Assembly (NCBI GenBank): GCA_023334545.1
Contig: JAADVB010000009.1
Location: forward strand, 1 to 64,000
DNA: 64,000 nt
Reading direction: 5' to 3'
Source: Salisapilia sapeloensis CBS 127946
Taxonomy: Eukaryota; Protista; Oomycota
Shown: in pieces, positions 33,826 to 43,788 of the stretch
How the letters are laid out: every line of letters starts with the position of its first letter
Position numbering within the stretch: the stretch's first letter is position 1
Made by a program: the position numbers and the translations under genes
The notes under the pieces: model-generated
Database searches by the model: none
Told to the model about the DNA's origin: nothing
What the model saw: only the letters and a program-made list of their open reading frames with translations

Positions 33826-34130
33826 CGGGACATGTAGAAAAGATCATAAAATTATGAGTTGAATCCAATATAATACACTCCTTTCTGCTGGTTCGACGGA
33901 TATGTGTGTCGGCATTAAATCCGGACGCGAAATCGCTGGCTTCCATCACAACGCAAAGGATCTCGCTGGTGGGAAGTACTCGATCTTCTTACCACTTGTA
34001 GCTGCATCTCTCGTCGCTACTTTCCCCCCTTTCTTCGTCACATTGTAGGAGAGACTCTCCTACTCCTGTCGTCGACTTTAATACTAAAAACTCAGCTTGC
34101 AACGCTCGTAAATCCAGTCCGAAAGCACAA

Positions 34131-37040
34131 ATGACGGACTCTAGTACGCAGTTAGAATGGCCAGCGACGCGTATTCGTCAAACCTTCTATGATTTCTTTA
34201 TGAAGAATGAAGAACGACCACATACGTTTTACAAGTCCTGTCCGGTCGTACCTCACGATGACCCGACTTTGCTTTTCATTAACGCTGGTATGAACCAATA
34301 CAAGCCGATTTTCCTCGGTCAGGTCGAACCCGGCCATCCGATGGCCAAACTCAAGCGTGCTGTCAACTCCCAAAAGTGCATTCGTGCTGGTGGAAAGCAT
34401 AATGACCTGGATGACGTAGGAAAGGATGTGTACCATCACACGTTCTTTGAGATGCTTGGCAACTGGAGCTTTGGCGACTACTTTAAGAAGGAAACCATCG
34501 GCATGTCGTACAAGCTGCTTACGGAGATCTTCAAGCTCGACCCGGAGCGTCTCTACGCCACGTATTTCGGTGGTGACGATAAGCTCAAGCTGCCTCCGGA
34601 CAATGAAGCTCGAGACATTTGGCTCGAGTACCTCCCAGCCTCTCGTGTCCTGCCATTTGGTGTCAAGGACAACTTTTGGGAAATGGGCGACGTCGGTCCC
34701 TGTGGTCCGTGCACGGAAATCCATTACGACCGTATTGGAAACCGAGATGCTGCGCACTTGGTCAACGCAGATGTGCCAGACGTGATCGAGATTTGGAACA
34801 ATGTGTTCATCCAGTTCAATCGCGAACCTGGTGACAAACTCGTGCCTCTTCCCGCCAAGCACGTCGATACTGGCATGGGCTTTGAGCGTGTCGCGTCGAT
34901 TCTCCAGGAGAAGGACTCGAACTACGACACAGATGTCTTCACGCCTCTCTTCTCTGCTATCCAGAAGCTCACGAAGGCATCGCCGTACACTGGCAAGTTG
35001 GGTGAGGAAGACCCAGAGCACAAGGACATGGCCTACCGTGTCATTGCAGACCACATCCGTACGCTGACGTTTGCTATCACGGACGGCGCCGTGCCGTCGA
35101 ATGAAGGTCGAGGCTACGTCCTTCGTCGTATCCTCCGTCGTGCCGTTCGATACGGCCAGCAGTTCCTCAACGCACCCACTGGTTTCCTCACCAAGCTCGT
35201 GCCTGTCGTTGTCGACATGATGCAGAGTGCTTTCCCAGAGCTTGAGAGTAAGCAAAAGGAGGTCGAAGAGATTATTCTCGATGAAGAAGAGTCGTTCGGT
35301 CGGACGTTGAACAAGGGTATCGACCGATTTAAGAAGATGGCGCAGACGATTAAGGAGACGAAGAGTGGAGAGGAAGCGAAGGTCATTCCTGGCACGGACG
35401 CATTCTTCCTTTACGACTCGATGGGATTCCCACTCGACTTGACGCAGATCATGGCGGAAGAAGAGGGCATGACGGTCGATGTCGAGGGATACGAAGAGCA
35501 GATGAAGCTCCAGAGCGAACGGTCGAAGATGGACCGGAAGAAGGGTGCAGGAGGCGTCCGGCCGCTCGTGCTGGAAGCGCGGGAGACGAGCTACTTGAAG
35601 GACAAGGACATCAAGGTAACGAACGACTTGCCAAAGTACGACTGGGATATCCAGATGGATGCCGAGGTCGTTGCCATCTTCACCACTACGACTGACACGT
35701 CGGAGTTCGTCGAAACAGTCTCCAAGGACGACCAGTACGAACGCGTTGGTGTCATCCTCGACACGACGCCGTTCTACGCACAGGCTGGTGGTCAGATTTA
35801 TGACACTGGAAGCTTGTCAAAGGACAATACGCGTCTCGATGTCGATGCGGTCGAGTCCTACGCCGGCTACGTCATGCACATGGGTGTCGTATCCACTGGC
35901 AGCTTGAGCGTTGGAGACAAGGTGAAGTGCGCCGTTGACTACGCCCGTCGTCGTCTCATTGCACCCAACCACACGATGACCCACGTCCTCAACTTTGCTC
36001 TCCGCAAGGTCCTCGGCACCGTCGCAGACCAGCGCGGAAGTCTGGTGGACGACTCTCGCCTCCGCTTTGACTTTACAAACAACAAGGCCGTGTCTCCTGC
36101 GCAGCTACGACAGGTCGAGGACTTGTGTAACGACATGATCAAGCAGGAGCTCGAGGTCTTTTCGAAAGAGTCTCCACAGGCACAAGCGAAGCGCATCCAA
36201 GGTCTTCGCGCGGTCTTTGGCGAGACGTACCCGGATGTTGTTCGCGTCGTGTCTATCGGTCAGAAGGTGGATCCAATGCTGGAGGATCCGGAGAACAGTA
36301 GCTGGCAGGATTACTCGGTCGAGTTCTGTGGTGGCACTCACTTAAACAACACCAAGGACGCCAAGAAGTTTGTCTTGTACGAAGAAGGTGCGATCGCCAA
36401 GGGTATCCGACGTGTGTCGGCGTACACTGGCGACGCTGCTGCCAAGGCAGAGCTCCGTGCGCAGGAGCTGACGAACGAGTTGGATGCGATTGATAAGATG
36501 GTCGGAAACGAGTTTATCGAAAAGGTCGCGTCGTTCAAGCCGACGTTGGACTCGGCGCTCGTGTCGTTGCCGATGAAGGACACGCTGCGTAAGCGCGTGG
36601 ATACGTTCGTGGACAGAGTTAAGAAGATCAAGAAGGAGCTCGCAGCTGCACGTGCTGCGAACGGCGTAAAGGACGCTGAGGCGGTAGCGAAGAAGGCGCA
36701 GGAAGACGGACAGGAAGTCGTGGTGACGAGCATGGAAGTCGGGACGGACGCCAAGCTCGGACGGGAGATGCTCGCAGCGATGCGTCAGGTGATCCCGAAT
36801 GGCAGCTTCCTCATCGTCAGCACGGACGCGGACGCCAAGAAGATGGCGGCCTTTGCGCAAGTGAGTGAGCAGCACGTCGAGAGCAAGCAGCTGGATGCGC
36901 GCAAGTGGGTGAACCACGCCATGACGTCTGTGAAAGGCAAGGGTGGAGGCAAGGACGCGTTGAATGCGACGGGTCAAGCCAAGACGGCGGAAGGCTCGGA
37001 TGGCGTCGTGCAGCTCGCCAAGGAGTTTGTGAGCGCTTAA
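34131..37040 (+). CDS. AARS: Alanyl-tRNA synthetase (eukaryotic cytosolic type), 969 aa
   Basis: DPTLLFINAGMNQ, SQKCIRAGGKHNDL, HHTFFEMLGNWSFGDYFK, DTGMGFER, GRGYVLRRI; editing NHTMTH and EFCGGTH; C-terminal GKGGG. Confidence 0.98.
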   Translation: MTDSSTQLEWPATRIRQTFYDFFMKNEERPHTFYKSCPVVPHDDPTLLFINAGMNQYKPIFLGQVEPGHPMAKLKRAVNSQKCIRAGGKHNDLDDVGKDVYHHTFFEMLGNWSFGDYFKKETIGMSYKLLTEIFKLDPERLYATYFGGDDKLKLPPDNEARDIWLEYLPASRVLPFGVKDNFWEMGDVGPCGPCTEIHYDRIGNRDAAHLVNADVPDVIEIWNNVFIQFNREPGDKLVPLPAKHVDTGMGFERVASILQEKDSNYDTDVFTPLFSAIQKLTKASPYTGKLGEEDPEHKDMAYRVIADHIRTLTFAITDGAVPSNEGRGYVLRRILRRAVRYGQQFLNAPTGFLTKLVPVVVDMMQSAFPELESKQKEVEEIILDEEESFGRTLNKGIDRFKKMAQTIKETKSGEEAKVIPGTDAFFLYDSMGFPLDLTQIMAEEEGMTVDVEGYEEQMKLQSERSKMDRKKGAGGVRPLVLEARETSYLKDKDIKVTNDLPKYDWDIQMDAEVVAIFTTTTDTSEFVETVSKDDQYERVGVILDTTPFYAQAGGQIYDTGSLSKDNTRLDVDAVESYAGYVMHMGVVSTGSLSVGDKVKCAVDYARRRLIAPNHTMTHVLNFALRKVLGTVADQRGSLVDDSRLRFDFTNNKAVSPAQLRQVEDLCNDMIKQELEVFSKESPQAQAKRIQGLRAVFGETYPDVVRVVSIGQKVDPMLEDPENSSWQDYSVEFCGGTHLNNTKDAKKFVLYEEGAIAKGIRRVSAYTGDAAAKAELRAQELTNELDAIDKMVGNEFIEKVASFKPTLDSALVSLPMKDTLRKRVDTFVDRVKKIKKELAAARAANGVKDAEAVAKKAQEDGQEVVVTSMEVGTDAKLGREMLAAMRQVIPNGSFLIVSTDADAKKMAAFAQVSEQHVESKQLDARKWVNHAMTSVKGKGGGKDALNATGQAKTAEGSDGVVQLAKEFVSA

Positions 37041-37122
37041 ACCAAAGCAAATACATTTGTTCATTGGCAAGAGATATTATGCATTTAGTCTACGTGTTGA
37101 ATGTGTATAAATGACGTGGATG

Positions 37123-39724
37123 CTACTGAGCTGGTTTCACGGACTCGTCGAAGAAGACGTCGTGCTTGATGCTTTCGATGGTCGTGAGCTGGCGCTTGTC
37201 GGCTTCTCGCCAGAGGTTGTAATTGTTATTCGCGTTCGTCTGGATGCGACTAAAGTCGTGATCGAAGATGATGCGAGAGATAGTATCGTAGAACGGGAGG
37301 ACGATGAACTCGAAGAAACCTACTTGATTCTACAAGATGTACATAAGTTTCTAGTATTCTGGAGGTAAGTTTAGATGGAGAAGAGCGTACCTTGGCGCTG
37401 TTTTCGGCGTAACGATCCATAAAGGGAGAAATGTCCGTGTTGTTCTCACGCTCTAAATCACCTTGTTGGAAAAACTCTTCGATGATTAATGCAGACCAAA
37501 CTGCATGGAGTCGTCGTTCCTTGGACGAGTGTCCAATGTCGGCGCACTTGATCACGACTTTCATAATCATCATTGGATCGTTCACTGGAGTTGGATCGTC
37601 ATTATCATCATCTTCCGATAGTACCAACGCCTTGAGACTGCCTACGAGCTGTAGGTGCATAGATAGGTCTGTGCTGAGTACCATCTCGATAATAGCCTTC
37701 CGAATCTCTCGATACGGTTTGTCTTTCATTCGGCTAAAGATATTGCACATTGGATTTCGCATGAGGAAGAAAGCTTCCGCCACATGCATGCTCTCGAGAA
37801 TACTGCGATCGTTGTACTGCACTGCTAGATCGTCTTGCGCTTTAATCAAGTAGTTGTTTGATTTACCAGGATGTCGGAAGTCATGGATGGCAGCAGCTAG
37901 TAACGCTGCGTAAAACTCGAGGTTGGTCAATGAGTTCCGTATACGACCGTCTGACATGCGAGTCATGAGATAGTTCACAGAGTTGACCACATCAGCTGCA
38001 TGGCAAGAGTTGTGGTACGGATTTTCAATGTATCCATCGTCGATGAGGTACAGGAAATTTCTCATGATAACTTGGTCAATTCGAAACTCCTCGTGGATCT
38101 CGTGAATGTCAAACATAGCGGCGGCAACATACATGAGCGGTCGCTTATTCGTTATCTCCGCAATCTTTAGCGTATCCAAGTTCCAATCGTCTTCGACGAT
38201 GCGACGGCGAACTAGTGCTAGCGTATTATCTTCCCATGCCGGCATTGACTGTAGTGGTAATACTGCAGCATTCATATCGCCTTGACTGTCATAGTAACTT
38301 CGCCTTGTTTCGCTGTTCGAGTGGGAGCTTACTGACTGAGCAGCAGTTCCGCGTGCAGTGTCATTATAATCTTTTCGAGCGAGTACGGTAAGTGCCCAAT
38401 TCTTCGTATCATCATCCACTGCCTTCTCTTTTTTCATCTGCGCTCGAATGTCCGGCATGAACAAGTTTTGGTCCAGCTTAGCAAGATTGCGGACAATCGT
38501 GAGACCTCGAACGACAGCGTCAGGACTCATATCTGTTTCGTGAATAAAGGTCTTTAGCTCTGAGAGCAATACATGCAGCGGCGAAGTCAAGTCGAGTTCA
38601 AAGTCACCCGTCCGATTCGCGAGCTCTTTTTTCAAATTGAGATTCTCCTCAGCCATTAAAGCGTTCTCTCGCATCGCCTTCTCTGCCTCCAACTCGACCG
38701 CCCATACATGTAGAAACTCTTGTCGCACGACCCGATCGATATCACGGTTTCGAATCAGCATGATCACTAGAAAAACAGCAGGGAAGGCGATAACAAAGGC
38801 ACAATTCAATAGGAAGGACAGATGAGTCGCTTTGGGGAAGAAGATCGCGGTCACCACGGCGTAACCGATGCTCACGACTGTCCCAATAAAGGCAAAGTGT
38901 GCAGTGTCGATACGAAGTAGGGGCACCAGGATGTAGATAATCATCACGCGCAGTAAATTAACATTTACCGTTCCAACTGGAAGTAGGATATTCCTCATGA
39001 ATTCCTTTAGAACATCCACACGGGTGCCCACCAAATCCTTAAACGCCCATTCTGGTACTCCAGTAGTGTTCACGTAGAATGTTACGCCATTACTTGGAAG
39101 TAAATCGATCTCTTTAAAAAGCACGTTCAAGTCTTGTTCTAAGATGTCAGACCACTCTACCAACAGGGAGTAGACACCGCCTCCAATAACCGAAATGCTC
39201 CAGCAAATCAACACGGCTGTATAAAAGTGCTGTAAGTGAACTTCGTACTGGCGCTGACGACTCAAATAAATGAGAATGGGCACTGGCACCATGGGTGTCA
39301 GGACGAGTGCGCAGTACTGGACCGCCTGAGACCGAATGTCTGGGTCACTGCTACCTAAATTCGTCAAACTGGAAAATATGAACGGAATGTAGATAGCAAG
39401 GAAGAGCATGGCAACTCGGCTTGATCGGTAGGAGTTCTCGCGTGCAAATGTGACCTGATACAGTCGTTCGAGTCTTGGTTCATTACTAAACTTGCTTGTG
39501 AGCGGGTGGAATTTCACATCAACTGGTGTTTTCTTCGTTTGAGCTACTACGACAGAATCGGAGATCGGGTAGATCCTTGACACGCGTTGATGCGCTCGTT
39601 CTTGATTCGACTTGTCCATATCGCCACCAGGCATCTGAGATGTACTTTTTATCAACGATTGTCTTCGGGATTGACTCGGAGGAGATGCTACTGTCGCCGG
39701 GCGCACGTGACTTTTGGAATCCAT
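37123..39724 (-). CDS. Membrane-anchored class I 3',5'-cyclic nucleotide phosphodiesterase, 2 exons
   Basis: Exons 39724-37391 and 37329-37123; splicing restores SAK|NQVGFFEFIV. Catalytic YHNSCHAAD, HDFRHPGKSN, LESMH, STDLSMH, CADIGH. Six N-terminal hydrophobic segments. Confidence 0.92.
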
Positions 39725-40999
39725 ACAAGACGCTTAATTACCGCTTGACGGCAGTTCTTTGGCTATACCCTTATTGACCAAACTCTAGCAGTCAAATACT
39801 AGCTTCCAAGCGGGGAATGTAAGGGACAGGATAATGACTTGAGATACTTTAGAAAGCTGAAAATGTGCCGCTTCACGTGCTTGAAACGCAGTGTAAATCT
39901 TTCCTCCCAGCCACAAGCAATAGAATGGTTCTTCTTTACGGACAAATGACCTAATATAGATGTACAATCGGTCGTTTCAGACACTTCGAGCTAGTAGTTT
40001 TGCTTATAAATAGCTGCTACAGAGAGTAATATCGCATATGCTATATTCTGCTTCTAGGAAAATCATCATTAGATTCAATCTCGACACAACATAGCTACGT
40101 TTAGTTAGAATCTGTGGTCACTTGCTTCTTTCATCAACTTCAGTTTCTTATTGATCCTGGTAGAGAGGAGAGGTGGTCTCTCCAGGAGGAGCCGATTGCT
40201 AATGAAGAACGAGCTAGCTTCCAATTTATGACATTTGCAGTCAGAAACTAAATCAACTTTCTCGGATCTGCACATGCAGTGTTACAATCAATTGTGCATC
40301 CACCTAAAGTACTCAATCGCTTAGTGCCTGCGTTGATTGCGAGCTGCCAAAATGACACTCAGTTTGCTACCCTAGTGGAATAGTTGCTGTCATAAAAACG
40401 CCTATTGATTACTTATTTGTCTATTACACTACGCTTAAAGGCCTCGAGATCGAGCAGGATTCTATAGATAATGCTTGCTTTAGCTGCATGAATTTAAGGA
40501 AGTGGATGATCTGCTTTATTGATTTTAATATGCGGACTAACTTTTGAGCGGCCCACTACCAAATTTCTTTTGTCCTGTTCAGATCGACAAGGTCTCTTTG
40601 ATAACGAGCAACTACCATTCGTCGCTTTCCCCGCATCCTTCAAATAGCGATGGTTTAACGGAAAGGCGACCGCAACAAGTAGTAGAAATTTACTACAGAC
40701 AGAGGATACGAGCAGATAGTAGACAGAGTTTCCAATCGTGTCTTTGGGGCTAAAGCTGGAAGCATGGCATATTTTTAACCATATAGTGCATTGCCTATTT
40801 TAGATGTATCCCTGTAGGAATACTTTCTATGGAACATGCGAAACGTCTCCTCAATGTGCATTCGGATGCAAAAGATGTGGAACTTGTCTGTCTGATCCTA
40901 GTCAACTTCAACTAGCGCCATCTTGTCCCATATTAAAAGCAAACGTTTTACGTCATCTTGAAGCTCCCACATTCCCATCTCACGGACAAGCCGCAAAAG

Positions 41000-41912
41000 A
41001 TGACCAAGGAAATCCTCTACATGCATAGTGTGAGCCAACCCTCACGTGCAGGTAACTCCCTCACACACATATTTTCCCTCTAGCAAGGTCTAATCCTTTA
41101 AAACAGTGCAATGGCTATGCTGGTTGAACAACCATGAAGGGATCGAATACCAAATAATCAACACGGCCAAAGGCGAATCCCGGTCCGAGTCGTTCATGAA
41201 AATCAATCCGAACGGCCAGATTCCGGTTCTGAAGGATGGTGACTTTATCCTCCCGGAAAGGTATCCTGATTCGGCTGCATGAACTATATCTCGACATTAA
41301 AATGGCAACTTGTTAGTCATGCGATCATGCTGTACTTGTGTGAAAAGCACGGATGGAAACAGTTCTACCCTGATGATCTCAAGACTCGCGCTAGAGTATG
41401 GCATTTTCCGGCCAATTACCATACATTCCGGGTGATTTACTTTGTCTTGTAGATCCATGAGTACATGAACTGGCACCACCAAAACGCTCGATTAAGCTCC
41501 CAAGTTTTCATGAACCAGCTCTTGACCAACACTGGTCGTGCAACACCATCCCAAAAGGCTCAGTTGAAAAAGTCGGACCGTATTGTTACCAAGATCATGC
41601 GCATCCTGGAATTCTGGCTCCGTCACGGAAACAGCTACATCGTTAGTGACAGGAAGCCGACGGTGGCTGACCTTAGTTGCTACAACGAGGTGTACCAATT
41701 GGAAGTCATGGGCTGGCTACCGAATCTTGAGAAAGACTACCCGAAGACTGCTGCCTGGATGAAGCGCATGAAGGTGCTCCTCCTGCATACTTTCTGACCA
41801 CTTCTTATGTATACTTAACGACTTTTGTTCACAATAGAGCTTGCCTCGTCACGACGAATTGCTGCAGCCGATGCACCAATTCTTCGACAAATTCAAGCTT
41901 TCCAAGCTGTAA
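41000..41912 (+). CDS. Glutathione S-transferase, theta class, 5 exons
   Basis: Exons 41000-41051, 41107-41260, 41317-41395, 41453-41773, 41838-41912. SQPSRAV, KINPNGQIPVLKDGDFILPESHAIMLYL, TVADLSCY. Confidence 0.93.
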
Positions 41913-42047
41913 TTCGCACCAGTTTTCTTAATTCTACCAATAAAAGAGAACTGCTTGGGGATTGGCTTAAAACGTATTTCAGACCTTTTTATTGGATATA
42001 ATTTGAATTGCTACCAACCAAAAACAAGGACAAGAAATAGTGGAGCG

Positions 42048-42365
42048 ATGGCTGCGACGTCCAAGGTGATGAAGAACGTCTTCCAAGTACTAACTCCGAA
42101 CCGTAACTATGGAGTGGGCAAGCGAGTGACTCGAGGCATCTGGTCCAAGTACCCGGAGCCGAGCTATTGGGAGATCACCCGTATCCGGCCGTCACCAGAC
42201 CTCAAGCATGGCAAAGTCTATGGCGTTTTCACATTCCGAGGTAGTGCAGTATGTATATGAGGCAATCATAAATATACTGAAAAACAGATTGTAGGCAAGT
42301 CGGACGGAAAGGAGAAGCGTATCAACAAACCGCTGCAGAAAGATTGGACGCTGGCCGAGGAATAG
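42048..42365 (+). CDS. MRPS34: Mitochondrial small-subunit ribosomal protein mS34-like, 2 exons
   Basis: Exons 42048-42240 and 42295-42365. YGVGKRVTR..W..PSYWEITRIRP..HGKVYGVFTFRG..KDW pattern of the MRP-S34 family. Confidence 0.8.
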
Positions 42366-43414
42366 ACACATCGCAAATGCACCCTTTGCTACATAACAGG
42401 CTATTAGGGACACCTACTGGCAATTAGACTAGCAGACTGCCGAGTAGACTACTAGTAACCTGTGGGAAGCAACATTATTTTGTCGGTGGAACTGCGTCTG
42501 TACTTAACGTTTGCTTTATTCCGTGCTACTTTGGCACAGCATAAACCATAATATATCGGTAGCGACGTCCATACGCTACTAGTCGAAACACTCACGGCAT
42601 ACGCTACAGTGCACTTTCGAAGCATGACCGAACGAGAATACGGTGGGGCTTATTAAAACTACGGAGATTTGTGCATTTCATGACTATTATAGGCTCTCTA
42701 AACTTCTTTACGTATACTGCTCAATTCGTTCATACTTTGATAAATTGAAGCTGTATTGAACAATAGTTTTCCTCTTAATGCACAAAGACAAGTGAGAAGA
42801 ACTAATTTTCGTTAACTTGAAGAGGTAAGTGAAATCGATACCCAGATAAGTTATCTGCGCTACCTTGTGCCAAGACAGTCGGTACTGCAAAGCTCATTTG
42901 ACGACTTGGGAAATGAATTAGAGGACTTAAATGGTGTTGGTCCTATACAAGGTTTGACTTGCGTCAGATGATAGATTCGCATCATTCAAACTGAATGATA
43001 GTGAATTTCAGCCCTCTAATTTATACATCTCGTTTCCTTTAATATTTAAATTAATTTAAATGACATGTGTCTACAACGCGAACTTTTCTGTAATTGCACA
43101 TAGCAGAAAACATCGCAGTATATCGTTTCTCTTCCTGTCCAGAGCGCGACGTTAGAAAAGTAAAAAACCTTCACAAGAACAAGCTTATAAAGATAAATAC
43201 ATGTATCCTTGACGCGATATCATCGACAAGCTACAAAATACCTCCACACTTAATACCATAGACTAGAGGCCACCATTTCCACAAGCTCATGCACTTAGCA
43301 TGATGCCCCACAAGGTATCCGACCACTCAAGACACCTCCAACTTCAACAACTGTACTTTATTGCAACCTACGTACGACCTATGAAATCCAACTTGGACAA
43401 GTCACGATTGGAAG

Positions 43415-43723
43415 ATGCAGGTTCGTATCAAGCGTTGGCATGGCGTCGCGACGTGGACATGGGGCGTCGATGAAGAGTGCTGCGGAATCTGTCGGTATGC
43501 ATTCGAAGCTTGCTGCCCAGACTGCACACTACCGGGCGACGGCTGTCCCCCAGGTACTTGCTTTCGTTAATTCACATGAGTCCCATTCGCCAATGAAAGA
43601 ATAGTCTGGGGCAAATGTAACCACGCTTTCCACATGCATTGCCTGATGAAGTGGCTTCAATCGCTCGATCCTTCTCGACAACATTGCCCCATGTGTCGAC
43701 AGGAATGGGACTTTCGAAATTAA
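43415..43723 (+). CDS. APC11: Anaphase-promoting complex subunit 11 (RING-H2), 2 exons, 85 aa; absent from the ORF track
   Basis: Exons 43415-43553 and 43605-43723 translate to MQVRIKRWHGVATWTWGVDEECCGICRYAFEACCPDCTLPGDGCPPVWGKCNHAFHMHCLMKWLQSLDPSRQHCPMCRQEWDFRN. Confidence 0.95.
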
Positions 43724-43788
43724 GTATTATAAAGCAAACAATGCATGGCATCGAAACCATAGAACGCATTTGCAATTGCTTTCATCCA

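Noticed and set aside
34152-37070. Long antisense ORFs (367 aa, 242 aa, 138 aa) over the AlaRS gene, and similar ones over PARP, ABCC, START-FYVE and kinesin
   Set aside because: Shadow ORFs expected from strong codon bias of the sense gene; no recognisable motifs.
40804-41028. 74-aa Cys-rich ORF overlapping the GST start in another frame
   Set aside because: Cys spacing matches no finger or toxin pattern I know, and it spans the probable GST promoter; likely spurious.
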